Part shown: positions 1 to 7,908 of the stretch, piece after piece | Position numbering within the stretch: the first letter of the stretch is position 1 | How the letters are laid out: each line of letters begins with the position of its first letter | Source: a virus | Virus record (IMG/VR): IMGVR_UViG_3300045988_182590 | DNA: 42,595 bases | Reading direction: 5' to 3' (one strand) | Made by a program: the position numbers and the translations under genes | The notes under the pieces: generated by a model | What the model saw: only the letters and a program-made list of their open reading frames with translations | Database searches by the model: none | What the model was told of the DNA's origin: nothing

Positions 1-119
1 CGGCGCATACTTCAAAGAAAAAGAACGCCCACACGGAAGCCGACAGAAATACTGTTCTGTGAAGTGTCGCGTTAAAGCAAATTATGCTCAAAAGGCGGAA
101 ACTTTGAAACAATCCAAAC
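1..119. repeat. Terminal overlap identical to 42477..42595 (closed circular or circularly permuted genome, unit length 42476 bp)
   Basis: Exact 119/119 nt identity of the two window ends, compared directly. Confidence 0.97.
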
Positions 120-325
120 AAAGAACTTGGTCAACGAAAGAGCCCGATTGGTCAAAAGTTCCGTCTAAGCCTTGGGACAATAACGACCCCGATTGTCGCG
201 CGGTTATTGAATACCTAAAAACGGTAAAGCCTATTGACTGGTCAGAAGTGAACAACAACATTAACGAGGAATTAAGGGAGCGGACAAATGAAAAACGAAA
301 AAGAAAAACAAAGATACTCGGTTGA
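1..325 (+). CDS. 3' part of the junction-spanning zinc-ribbon CDS (start at 42445)
   Basis: Same frame as 42445 (codon phase 2,5,..59); stop at 323..325. Confidence 0.6.
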   Translation, partial: GAYFKEKERPHGSRQKYCSVKCRVKANYAQKAETLKQSKQRTWSTKEPDWSKVPSKPWDNNDPDCRAVIEYLKTVKPIDWSEVNNNINEELRERTNEKRKRKTKILG

Positions 326-530
326 AGCATCCGCGCGCCGATTCGCGAAAAGAATCAAGCGGGTTGAAGAAAAACAGAAACGCTTAATCGACAAGCTGGT
401 TTATGGGCAACCGTCTAAAACCGACGAATGGTTTTTGAAACAAGCGATAAAATCTTGTTCTCGACAAATCCAAACGTATAAAAATTCGATTTTGTACGGC
501 AAAAAACAATCGAAAGGACAACGGAAATGA
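288..530 (+). CDS. Hypothetical basic protein
   Basis: 80-aa ORF packed between neighbours with overlapping stop/start; K/R-rich; no motif recognised. Confidence 0.4.
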   Translation: MKNEKEKQRYSVEASARRFAKRIKRVEEKQKRLIDKLVYGQPSKTDEWFLKQAIKSCSRQIQTYKNSILYGKKQSKGQRK

Positions 531-988
531 CAACGCTGAATTTTGTGGTGAATCTGGAAAAAATGGTCGGCAAAGGTCGCCCGCGTTTTGCGCGGCAAGG
601 TGGATTTGTCCGAACATATACTCCACCCGAAACAAAAAACACCGAAAGAAAAATCGCGGCGGTGTGCAAAAGCGCAATGGATGTTTGCTCTGTCGGTGTT
701 TTCAACGGCTCGGTAAAGCTGGATGTCGAAGCAGGTTATCCTATCCCCAAATCCACGTCCAAGCGTTTAAAACAACAGATGCTTGACGATGAAGTGCGTC
801 CGACGGTTAAACCCGACGCGGACAACGTTTTAAAACTTGTTGCGGACGCTTTAAATGGCGTGATGTACAAGGATGACAATCAAATCGTGATGATGTCCTT
901 TGAAAAACGATACACGGACACAAAGCCCTATCTGCGTATCAGCGTTTCGGATGAAGTCCAAAACGCACCCGACCAAATCTTTTTTTGA
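527..988 (+). CDS. rusA: RusA-family Holliday-junction resolvase
   Basis: GKGRPRF near the N-terminus and KPDADNVLKLVADALNGVMYKDDNQIV match the RusA D-x-D-N...DAL...DD-Q signature. Confidence 0.85.
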   Translation: MTTLNFVVNLEKMVGKGRPRFARQGGFVRTYTPPETKNTERKIAAVCKSAMDVCSVGVFNGSVKLDVEAGYPIPKSTSKRLKQQMLDDEVRPTVKPDADNVLKLVADALNGVMYKDDNQIVMMSFEKRYTDTKPYLRISVSDEVQNAPDQIFF

Positions 989-1007
989 AAACTGAAAGGA
1001 AAAAACT

Positions 1008-1202
1008 ATGGAAAACGCATTGAATCTTCTCGGAAAAAATCTCTTTGGCGTGCTTCTTTTCGGCGTCGAATATGCCTTTGTCAAAGCAATTTTGGACACA
1101 AGCTTTTCATTGAACGCTGTCGTAGCGATTGTCTTGGTTTCACTCTTAGGAATCCGCGCGCGCTTGGGAAAAATCCTTGACAAGATGTCCGAAAAGGAAT
1201 AA
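1008..1202 (+). CDS. Small membrane protein
   Basis: 64 aa with two hydrophobic stretches; aaaggaaaaaactATG ribosome-binding site. Confidence 0.5.
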   Translation: MENALNLLGKNLFGVLLFGVEYAFVKAILDTSFSLNAVVAIVLVSLLGIRARLGKILDKMSEKE

Positions 1203-1319
1203 CGTTTTACCTGCGATAAGAAACTGTACAAAAAAAATCCTTTTATGCAGAACGGCGTTTGTAGTACAGGCAAACCTTACGGGGTCGCGCCCGACGTTCT
1301 GCACTCTGAAAGGTATTTT

Positions 1320-2141
1320 ATGCAAAAAAAGAAATCATTTTTAATTTACACGGAGTCGCTATCAGTTCTTGACGAACTGAACAAAGAACAAATCGCCGAT
1401 TTGTTCTTAGCGATTAAAGACTATCAGAACGGCGTCGAACCTAAATTAAATGGATTGATGAAAGCCGTATTCTTGCCTTTCAAAAATTACTTTGACGAAA
1501 ACGCTGAAAAATATGAAAAAGTTTGCGAAAAGCGCAGAAACGCTGGTAGTTTAGGCGGTAAAGCAAATGCTACCAAATGCAAGCAAATGCTACCAAATGC
1601 TACCAAATGCAAGCAAATGCTACCAAATGCTACCAAATGCAAGCAAATGCTACCAAATGCTACCAAATGCAAGCAAATGCGCTATGATAATGATTCTGAA
1701 TCTGATTCTGAATATGATTCTGATTCCGATGTTTCTAACGAAACATTAAAAAAAGAAATTTCTAAAGAAAAAACGGAAATCACAAAAGGATGCCGTTTTG
1801 AAAACTCACCGTACTTCAATGAAACAATGCCAAAAGAATTTGAAACCGAGTCTTCAAAAATGAATCCGTTTCAATCGGCAGAAAGAGAGTATCAATCATT
1901 CAAAGATTACTGGGCAGGAAAAACTGGAGCAACAGCGACCAAAAAAGATTGGATAGCAACTTGGCGAAACTGGCTTAGAAACTCTCGAACATTCAAAGAT
2001 ATTTCCCACGTTTTAAATCGGGAAGCGGTTAAAAACCAAATGGCGTATTTGGAACAAATGAAAGCACAGGGGGACGAGTTCTTTATCCAGCGGGCGCGAA
2101 CACGGCTTAAACAAATCATTGAACAGGAGCTTGAGAAATGA
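1320..2141 (+). CDS. Putative replication initiator / replisome organiser with internal iteron array
   Basis: Lies directly upstream of and overlaps the DnaB-type ATPase gene. The C-terminus YQSFKDYWAGKTGATATKKDWIATWRNWL resembles DnaD/phage initiator tails. It contains a 120-bp repeat array. ATG 1320 has an aaagg ribosome-binding site; the ORF is open from 1245. Confidence 0.5.
   Translation: MQKKKSFLIYTESLSVLDELNKEQIADLFLAIKDYQNGVEPKLNGLMKAVFLPFKNYFDENAEKYEKVCEKRRNAGSLGGKANATKCKQMLPNATKCKQMLPNATKCKQMLPNATKCKQMRYDNDSESDSEYDSDSDVSNETLKKEISKEKTEITKGCRFENSPYFNETMPKEFETESSKMNPFQSAEREYQSFKDYWAGKTGATATKKDWIATWRNWLRNSRTFKDISHVLNREAVKNQMAYLEQMKAQGDEFFIQRARTRLKQIIEQELEK
1561..1680. repeat. Twelve contiguous 10-bp units (aagCAAATGC / tacCAAATGC) with a 30-bp super-period; candidate origin iterons
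   Basis: Read directly. CAAATGC recurs every 10 bp, 12 times. All three frames stay open. Followed by gattctgaa-type repeats at 1686..1730. Confidence 0.9.
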
Positions 2142-3046
2142 CAACGTATTTTTCGGGAGTCAATTCCAACAAAAACGTAGGCGTTTTCGGAATCAATTAC
2201 CTCGACAAGACGCTGTACGGCATCGGGAAAGGCGATTTGATTTTAATCGGAAGCCGAAGCGGCGCGGGCAAATCCACAATCGCCAACAGTATCGCGATTA
2301 AAAACCGCAATCGGTGCAAGGTTTCCCTGTTTTCGCTTGAAAACTTTGAAGATGACCTCGAAATGCACGTCGGATATTTGAAGTTCCTTGAACTGACAAA
2401 ACGCTATGATGTTTCGGAGCGCGCGTTTATGCAGGGCGGTGCAAACAGTATGATGACCGAAGAAATCGTAAACGAAATCGACTCGGCAATGGATGTCGCG
2501 TTTAAGGGATTGCACGTTTTTCACCGACAACCGAATTTCACAATCGAAAAGCTTGTTGACGCGATGATGCAAGAAAAGGAAGCGGGATGCGAACTACTGA
2601 TTATTGACCACTTGGATTACGTCGAAAAGGACGCTTACGACTTGAACGACAACATCCACCAAACAATGCTGATGAAGACGATTCGGCAGGTGCAGGATGA
2701 AACGAAAATGGCAGTCGTTGCTATATCGCACTTACGCAAGCCGATGTTTGGGCAAAAGCTTTTTAAAATCCCGTCAATGGATGAATTTATCGGAAGCTCC
2801 AACAAGGTTAAGGAAGCAACAGTCGTTATAATGTTTGCGCCCGACGATGAAATGAATGAGCTGTCAACTACAAGCGCGCGCAAGGCGACGTTTTGTTGTA
2901 TCCGTAAAAACCGATTCGGGGGCTTCAGAAACGAAGCGGCGCGTCTGTACTATGACTTGAAGCGGGGGCAGTATGAAGACGCTTACGAAGTCCTTTCCGT
3001 GAATTATACGGGGTCTGAAATAAAGGAATTGCGGAATGAGATTTAA
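2138..3046 (+). CDS. DnaB-C-terminal-domain (RecA-like) replicative helicase/ATPase
   Basis: Walker A GSRSGAGKST, Walker B LLIIDHLDY, AISHLRK. No DnaB N-terminal domain. Confidence 0.75.
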   Translation: MTTYFSGVNSNKNVGVFGINYLDKTLYGIGKGDLILIGSRSGAGKSTIANSIAIKNRNRCKVSLFSLENFEDDLEMHVGYLKFLELTKRYDVSERAFMQGGANSMMTEEIVNEIDSAMDVAFKGLHVFHRQPNFTIEKLVDAMMQEKEAGCELLIIDHLDYVEKDAYDLNDNIHQTMLMKTIRQVQDETKMAVVAISHLRKPMFGQKLFKIPSMDEFIGSSNKVKEATVVIMFAPDDEMNELSTTSARKATFCCIRKNRFGGFRNEAARLYYDLKRGQYEDAYEVLSVNYTGSEIKELRNEI

Positions 3047-3353
3047 GGAAATTCGGGATTTTTATTTTGAATATCGCGCCTTTGAAGAAGCGCGCGGATT
3101 GGACAAAGAAACTGCGCGTGCCAACGCATTAAAAGCGTATCGGGAAAAACTGAAAAAGTATTTTGGCGTTCGTGCAGCGGAAACAATGCGTACAATGACT
3201 TTCGAGGAACGTTTCATATCGCACCACCCAGAAATGTTTGAACTTGCTGACAACGCGATTTTTGACGTTCGTATGCGGGCTCAAAATATGACAAGGGATG
3301 ACAAATTAAAAATTTTGAAGTATTTTTCTGATAACAAAAAGGAGCTGATATGA
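3036..3353 (+). CDS. Hypothetical protein
   Basis: 105-aa ORF overlapping neighbouring stop/start codons. Confidence 0.5.
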   Translation: MRFKEIRDFYFEYRAFEEARGLDKETARANALKAYREKLKKYFGVRAAETMRTMTFEERFISHHPEMFELADNAIFDVRMRAQNMTRDDKLKILKYFSDNKKELI

Positions 3354-3595
3354 TAGACTATGCAAAACTGGCGGCGGTTGATTTTTCAAACGCTGAAATT
3401 GAAGACTTTGAAGAACGCGCGGCGATAATTGAACACGACGGCGGATATTCAAAAAACGAAGCGGAAAAGCAAGCGTATATGGCGATGCTTGCAGAGCGCG
3501 ACAAAAAGGGAGTGCCGTCCCCCGACGTTATGAGACGGCGTGTTGAAGAGGTAACAAAAAACATTTTCCGTTTCGACAGAGATTCGGAAAAGTGA
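3350..3595 (+). CDS. Hypothetical protein
   Basis: 81-aa ORF with ATGA overlap to the upstream gene. Confidence 0.5.
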   Translation: MIDYAKLAAVDFSNAEIEDFEERAAIIEHDGGYSKNEAEKQAYMAMLAERDKKGVPSPDVMRRRVEEVTKNIFRFDRDSEK

Positions 3596-3610
3596 AAGGA
3601 AAAAAAGGAA

Positions 3611-4198
3611 ATGAAATTTAATCTTGAGGATTGTGCGGGGTACAAACCCGCAGTATTGGGGATGATGCTTTCATACGGGAAAACTTCGTTTTCAGAGTTT
3701 TATGCTGATTATGAAGATATTGACCGATTGGCGGCTAAACTCGCGCCTATGGACGGCGGACACAACAAATTTCTTGAACAAATCCAGTATTGGATTCTGG
3801 TGCAAGCTCCGTTGTTCTGGTGGAAGCAAGCCGACACTTACCGAGTCGGCGTGTCAAAGTCGTCGGAAAGCACGATGCACAAAAGCTGGAAAAGCGGATT
3901 GACGCAAGAAATGTTTGAAACGCCGATTTTTCAAGACACGCTTAACAATTTGAACAAGTTTATCGATGAGTACAACGCCGAAAAAACGACGACAGAACGC
4001 AAAGCGTATTTGCAGGATTTGATTATCGGAAATCTGCCCGATGCGTATTTGCAGACGCGGCTTTTGAACGTGAACGCAAAATGCTTGCGGAATATGTATT
4101 TTCAGCGTCGGGAGCACAAGCTCAAACAATGGCGCGACTTTTGCGCTTGGATTAAAGAACTGCCGTATGGCGATTTAATTACGGCTGAAAGGGAATGA
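3611..4198 (+). CDS. ThyX-like (flavin-dependent thymidylate synthase fold) protein with divergent active-site motifs
   Basis: GGHNKFLEQIQYWILVQAPLFWWKQADTYRVGVSKSSESTMH parallels ThyX GH.SPLEH..F.F.I...SR....Q..RHR.....QSQRY. LLNVNAKCLRNMYFQRREHKLKQWRDFCAWIKELP parallels the second ThyX block. Confidence 0.45.
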   Translation: MKFNLEDCAGYKPAVLGMMLSYGKTSFSEFYADYEDIDRLAAKLAPMDGGHNKFLEQIQYWILVQAPLFWWKQADTYRVGVSKSSESTMHKSWKSGLTQEMFETPIFQDTLNNLNKFIDEYNAEKTTTERKAYLQDLIIGNLPDAYLQTRLLNVNAKCLRNMYFQRREHKLKQWRDFCAWIKELPYGDLITAERE

Positions 4199-4584
4199 AA
4201 ATGAGTGAAGACATTGAGAAGCTCCGCTTAGAAACGGAAAATCTACAACTGAAATGTGCGCTTGAATTTTACGCCGAGGGGCGGCATCTTTGGCACGCTG
4301 ATAAACGTGATGCCACAACGCATAAAGAATACGATAGCGTTTCTGGTGTCGTGGAAAACGGAGCGTATGCGTTTAAAAAGCTTCGTGAAATTGAAGACGA
4401 ACTTCCCGAAAAAATCGAGAAGTTGGAAGCGGAAAACACGCGGTTGCGTGAAGCGTTGGAGCACCTCGTATCAACAGATATAACCGTTGACGAATATGGA
4501 ATATGGCGCATTGACGGCAAGACTTTCCAGACGTGGGCCGCTGATGTTCTGAAAGGGGGCGCGGACTATGAACATAGAAAATGA
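4195..4584 (+). CDS. Hypothetical coiled-coil protein (ALEFYA motif)
   Basis: 129-aa ORF with overlapping start; heptad-rich. Confidence 0.5.
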   Translation: MKMSEDIEKLRLETENLQLKCALEFYAEGRHLWHADKRDATTHKEYDSVSGVVENGAYAFKKLREIEDELPEKIEKLEAENTRLREALEHLVSTDITVDEYGIWRIDGKTFQTWAADVLKGGADYEHRK

Positions 4585-4834
4585 ATTAAAACTAAAAGCT
4601 TATAACATAGACTTCTTCACAAAAAAGGCGGTCGAAGATATTACGACTTTAGGACAATACTCTGATTGGTTGCTTAACCAAGCAAATCAAATCCAAATGG
4701 AAATGGAAATGTTGCGAGAGATGAACAAAAAATTAGAAGAAGCTTTGGAAGAAATCTCCCGTGGATTTGATTCGGATAGTCGGAACTACTCCCGTGAACA
4801 GATGATGAGAATGGCAAAGGAAGCGTTGAATTGA
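4568..4834 (+). CDS. Hypothetical protein
   Basis: 88-aa ORF, tightly packed. Confidence 0.5.
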   Translation: MNIENELKLKAYNIDFFTKKAVEDITTLGQYSDWLLNQANQIQMEMEMLREMNKKLEEALEEISRGFDSDSRNYSREQMMRMAKEALN

Positions 4835-5193
4835 AGCAAGAATTTTACGAATTAGCAAAGAAAATTGCCGATTGGCACACAGTTACGTTCAAAGACGCTG
4901 ACAAGGCGGGACAGCTTTTGAAGCTCGATGAAGAATTTGACGAATGGCGGGCGGAAACAGCCGACCCCGAAAAGCAAATAACTGAACTGGCAGACTGCTT
5001 TATTGTCGCATCCTCCCTGTGGTTTCGCTTTGAAGCGGCAATCGGTATGTTCACCTGCAAGGCGATTGTAAAGCATTGTGCCGATGCCGACGGCGAACTG
5101 TACGATGCCATTATTGCAAAAATGGAAGTGAACAAAGAAAGAACCAGAAAAGGTTTGTGGAAGAAATTACCCGATGGAAGAGAACACCACTAA
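4831..5193 (+). CDS. MazG-like nucleotide pyrophosphohydrolase
   Basis: LKLDEEFDEW (EExxE) and ELADCFIV motifs typical of small phage MazG proteins. Confidence 0.6.
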   Translation: MKQEFYELAKKIADWHTVTFKDADKAGQLLKLDEEFDEWRAETADPEKQITELADCFIVASSLWFRFEAAIGMFTCKAIVKHCADADGELYDAIIAKMEVNKERTRKGLWKKLPDGREHH

Positions 5194-5210
5194 AATGAAA
5201 GGAAATTTTT

Positions 5211-5435
5211 ATGAAAATAAACTTGCCGTTCAACCGTTGCCTTGTTATCGCTTCGCCCAAGAAACGCTACGAAATACTGCCTGTCGAAACGGTGAACTTT
5301 TACCGTGAAAAAATAGACAGGTGTTCCGCCGCTTTGCGGGCAATCCGTCAGGAAGTGAACGAACACGGCTTTTGCGCGGACTGGGACGAAATCGTGTTTC
5401 AATGTGACCAGACGTTGGAATATCTCAAAAAGTAA
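5211..5435 (+). CDS. Hypothetical protein
   Basis: 74-aa ORF; aaaggaaatttttATG ribosome-binding site. Confidence 0.5.
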   Translation: MKINLPFNRCLVIASPKKRYEILPVETVNFYREKIDRCSAALRAIRQEVNEHGFCADWDEIVFQCDQTLEYLKK

Positions 5436-5452
5436 GGGAGTTATCATTACTA

Positions 5453-5584
5453 ATGACACGCGAAGAATTACTCAAAAAAGTAGCTGAAACAGTATGCGGA
5501 AGCCGTGAACAAGCGCACGGAAACCCCGCTAACACGTTTAAGCGAATTGCACGCCTTTGGACAACGTATTTGCAGAAGGCGTGA
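5453..5584 (+). pseudogene. N-terminal half (43 codons) of a small conserved phage protein (DUF6378-like); the partner half is at 7910..8068
   Basis: MTREELLKKVAETVCGSREQAHGNPANTFKRIARLWTTYLQKA-stop. Family members continue with the DVA.MM...H.DSW.D..GY block, which is found 2.3 kb downstream. Confidence 0.65.
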
Positions 5585-5591
5585 GGTGAAA

Positions 5592-5798
5592 ATGAACATT
5601 CTTGAAAAATACAGGAAAGATAACGGCTTGACGTATGCCGAACTCGCTGAACGTATGGGGCAAAAACCTTGCCGTGTTTGGAAGTGGTGCAAAAAAGGAA
5701 TCAGATGCCCCACAGCAATAATATCTATTTCAGAGCTTTTGAAGCTTGAAAAATCGACGGTTTTTGAAAAAATGACTGAAAGGAAAGAAAAAAAATGA
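5592..5798 (+). CDS. Helix-turn-helix DNA-binding protein (Cro/YdaS-like)
   Basis: GLTYAELAERMGQKPCRVWKW HTH; gaggtgaaaATG ribosome-binding site. Confidence 0.55.
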   Translation: MNILEKYRKDNGLTYAELAERMGQKPCRVWKWCKKGIRCPTAIISISELLKLEKSTVFEKMTERKEKK

Positions 5799-6052
5799 GT
5801 GAGAACATCAAAGATGTAAACGGAGTCGATTCGGCACGCTTGCTGTCGTATCTTGAGCGAATCGAACGTTTAGAAGAGGAACGAAAAGCTCTTCAAATCG
5901 ACATTAAAGAGGTGTTTGAAGAAGCAAAATCGGCGAATTTTGACGTAAAAGCAATCAAAGAGCTTTTGAAAATTCGCAAAAAAGACGAACTGGAACGCCA
6001 AGAACAGGAATACGTCGTCGAACAGTACCGACGCGCTCTTGGCATTGATTGA
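5795..6052 (+). CDS. GapR-like (DUF2312) DNA-binding protein
   Basis: LLSYLERIERLEEERKALQIDIKEVFEEAKSANFDVKAIKELLKIRKKD closely parallels Caulobacter GapR. Confidence 0.8.
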   Translation: MSENIKDVNGVDSARLLSYLERIERLEEERKALQIDIKEVFEEAKSANFDVKAIKELLKIRKKDELERQEQEYVVEQYRRALGID

Positions 6053-6055
6053 AAG

Positions 6056-6083
6056 ACGGCGGGAATTATCCCGCCGTTTTTTC
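6056..6083 (+). terminator. Rho-independent terminator, shared by the convergent genes
   Basis: Stem acggcggga/tcccgccgt with a 4-nt loop, followed by tttttt. Confidence 0.8.
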
Positions 6084-6245
6084 TTTGTACACCCATTTTT
6101 CGCCGTCAAACACAATGTCAAAACCGCTTTTAAGGTTTAACGGCTCTTTGAACGTATGAAACGGCGGTAAATCCGATTCGGAGTGGCATTTTTGCGCCCC
6201 GTTCCATTTTCCTGTTTTTTTGTCGTATGAATAAGCAATCAGCAT
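6066..6245 (-). CDS. 59-aa protein homologous to the N-terminal domain of the tail-fibre assembly protein at 20443..20886
   Basis: MLIAYSYDKKTGKW..LPPFHTFKEPLNLKSGFDIVFDGEKWVYKEK versus ..LPADCTLIEPPEAKEGFDIVWNGDAWEYKEQEK. caggag ribosome-binding site. One residue below the ORF-track cutoff. Confidence 0.6.
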   Translation of the reverse strand: MLIAYSYDKKTGKWNGAQKCHSESDLPPFHTFKEPLNLKSGFDIVFDGEKWVYKEKTAG

Positions 6246-6272
6246 AAGCGACTCCTGTTTGTTATAAAAATT

Positions 6273-6309
6273 CCCCGCCGAATAAGGAGGAAAATCGGCG
6301 GGGGTTTTA
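6273..6309. terminator. Stem-loop terminator
   Basis: Stem ccccgccga/tcggcgggg with a 13-nt loop, tttt on the plus strand, T-rich on the minus strand. Confidence 0.6.
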
Positions 6310-6356
6310 GTGCTGAATGGAATGTAGTTTCTTTATGGCATAAAAAGCCCAAAAGT

Positions 6357-6432
6357 TCAACCATTTTTTTCAGAATCAATCAGCTCTTTGATTTCATCCC
6401 GCTTCATTCTGCCGACATAAAACAAACCGTCG
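6357..6432 (-). pseudogene. Detached C-terminal coding piece of the glutaredoxin-like gene (..GLFYVGRMKRDEIKELIDSEKNG-stop)
   Basis: Joins in frame to 8231..8385 if 6427..8385 is flipped. Confidence 0.7.
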
Positions 6433-6460
6433 ATACCCGCAAATATCCGTACACCGTCAT
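6428..6460 (-). pseudogene. Detached first 11 codons of a serine invertase (MTVYGYLRVST, contains the catalytic Ser motif)
   Basis: ATG 2 nt after the methyltransferase stop. Near-identical to the N-terminus MTVYAYLRVSS at 20410. Runs out of frame into a stop after 18 codons. Confidence 0.8.
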
Positions 6461-6462
6461 TT

Positions 6463-7017
6463 TCAGATTTCCTTGTCAAATTTTTCAGTTTCGTTTCCCC
6501 AGCAATCCCAACCCGCCCGATGCTGGCGGGCAAATAGTTCTATTCGTTCCCCGCCGCAAAGGTTTTCGATTAAAGAATACTGTTCATCTGGTTTTCTGGA
6601 ATGTTCGCGGACAACACCTTGAAGAACGTTCCGAGTAGATTTGTTAAGAGTCCGAGGGTGTCCGCGCGTTCCGACAAGCAACAGTTCGGTGGCGCAACGG
6701 AAAATATATCCAGTTCCGAAAGCGGTTTTCCCGTTCTTTGTCGTCTTATGCCAAGATGCGCCTGTCTTGTATTTAAACCCCCAAGCCGCCATTGTTTCCA
6801 AAGCTTCGGGCAACATTGGAAACGTCGCCCACATAAATAGGAAACAATCTTTGTCGGCAATGTCGATAACAGGCAAAGTTTTAATGTCGTTTATAGGCAT
6901 ACAGGAATAATGACTTTCCGCGCCTTTTGCCGTGATTCCTTTTGACGAAAATGTTTTGAACTTCCACGGCGGGTCGGCAAGGATGCAGGCATATTTTTTA
7001 TTCGGAAATGGAATCAT
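6463..7017 (-). CDS. MT-A70 family N6-adenine DNA methyltransferase
   Basis: ILADPPWKF (DPPW catalytic motif); size and layout typical of phage MT-A70 enzymes. Confidence 0.8.
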   Translation of the reverse strand: MIPFPNKKYACILADPPWKFKTFSSKGITAKGAESHYSCMPINDIKTLPVIDIADKDCFLFMWATFPMLPEALETMAAWGFKYKTGASWHKTTKNGKTAFGTGYIFRCATELLLVGTRGHPRTLNKSTRNVLQGVVREHSRKPDEQYSLIENLCGGERIELFARQHRAGWDCWGNETEKFDKEI

Positions 7018-7338
7018 TTTTCGCTGTCCTTGTATTCAAAAGAACGCCCCTTTGTTTTCTTTCCTTTCCCGATTATTTTGGCAACAGTCGTCCCGTATTT
7101 TGACATTGCGTCGTGTACGGAATCGAAAACTTCCTGTGTTTCGACACAAATAACAGGACGTGAACGGAAGCCCCCCTTTACGCTTTTTCGACGACGGAAT
7201 CCGTTTTTTCATTTCTGCGATAACACCGTCGGGAGTGATTTTTGAACACTTCAACAAAAAGTCGGCTACCGCCTGTTCGGGCGTATCAAAACCGATAGGC
7301 GCAACAGCCGCCTTTTTCAAAACAACAAGATATTTCAT
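7014..7338 (-). pseudogene. Frameshifted gene. The C-terminal part is a small DNA-binding module of the type seen on phage homing endonucleases
   Basis: Frame 0 gives MKYLVVLKK..KKRKGG. After the G6 run (C6 at 7171..7176) the +1 frame reads FRSRPVICVETQEVFDSVHDAMSKYGTTVAKIIGKGKKTKGRSFEYKDSEK and stops in an ATGA overlap with the methyltransferase start. Confidence 0.55.
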
Positions 7339-7727
7339 TCTTCCTCTCCTTTTAAAAATTCTTCGTTAATTTTTTTCCCTGATTGGTCTTGTTTCTCGAC
7401 TTTAAGTGTGTATTTCATTTTCTTTCCTTTCTTTTTCCTTTTCGATAAGAGGGCGAGGAAGTCCAAAAACACTTTCCAAAATGCCTGCCTTATTCGCCCG
7501 TTATTAAGGCACTTCCACAATGTAGGACGCAATGATTCTCTGTTTTCCCCGCCTATTTCCAGTTCAGCGGGCAGTCGCGGTTTATTCTTTATTCCCCGCC
7601 GTCCGTTTTCGGTTTTACCCGAAAAATCAATTCCAACAGTTAGACGAGAAAAGACATCCTGTTGGAGCTTCACCCGCCGCTCTGTCAATTCGTGCGACTT
7701 CAGCGTCAATCGCAAATAAGACGGCAA
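7335..7727 (-). CDS. Hypothetical protein (weak)
   Basis: 130-aa ORF downstream of the promoter at 7822..7850; composition unconvincing; competes with the small ORF at 7627..7773. Confidence 0.3.
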   Translation of the reverse strand: MPSYLRLTLKSHELTERRVKLQQDVFSRLTVGIDFSGKTENGRRGIKNKPRLPAELEIGGENRESLRPTLWKCLNNGRIRQAFWKVFLDFLALLSKRKKKGKKMKYTLKVEKQDQSGKKINEEFLKGEEE

Positions 7728-7773
7728 AAATCAAGAACGCCACACTTGCAATTAAAAAAACAAAATTTTTCAT
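7627..7773 (-). CDS. Small protein with an N-terminal transmembrane/signal segment
   Basis: ggaaaggtgaaaaATG ribosome-binding site; MKNFVFLIASVAFLIFAVLFAIDAE...; 48 aa. Confidence 0.4.
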   Translation of the reverse strand: MKNFVFLIASVAFLIFAVLFAIDAEVARIDRAAGEAPTGCLFSSNCWN

Positions 7774-7821
7774 TTTTCACCTTTCCTTTTTTCGACTCGG
7801 CTTATCGCCTTTCGATAATTT

Positions 7822-7850
7822 TTTGTACCAAATTTAAAAACATAGGTCAA
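7822..7850 (-). promoter_or_regulatory. Sigma70-type promoter TTGACC-17-TACAAA with an extended -10 TG
   Basis: Minus strand reads TTGACCtatgtttttaaatttggTACAAA. Shares atgttt and aatttggtacaaa with the promoter at 10389. Confidence 0.7.
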
Positions 7851-7880
7851 CATCTTTTTTACTTTTTTTCAAAAAATGTT

Positions 7881-7908
7881 TTGATTTTTTAAAATTCACG
7901 AATAAAAT
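7881..7908 (+). promoter_or_regulatory. Candidate promoter TTGATT-16-TAAAAT, divergent from 7822..7850
   Basis: Hexamers read directly. Confidence 0.45.

Noticed and set aside
1561-1680. Possible CRISPR array or coding-only tandem repeat
   Set aside because: The units are contiguous 10-mers with no spacers, so this is not CRISPR. The strict helical phasing and position in the initiator gene favour a DNA-level role, though the repeat is also translated.
5561-5569. ACAACGT in the DUF6378 N-fragment resembling the start of the tail-fibre repeat (ACAACGTTT)
   Set aside because: It is only a 7-mer, expected several times by chance. Crossover there would give an out-of-register or over-short protein.
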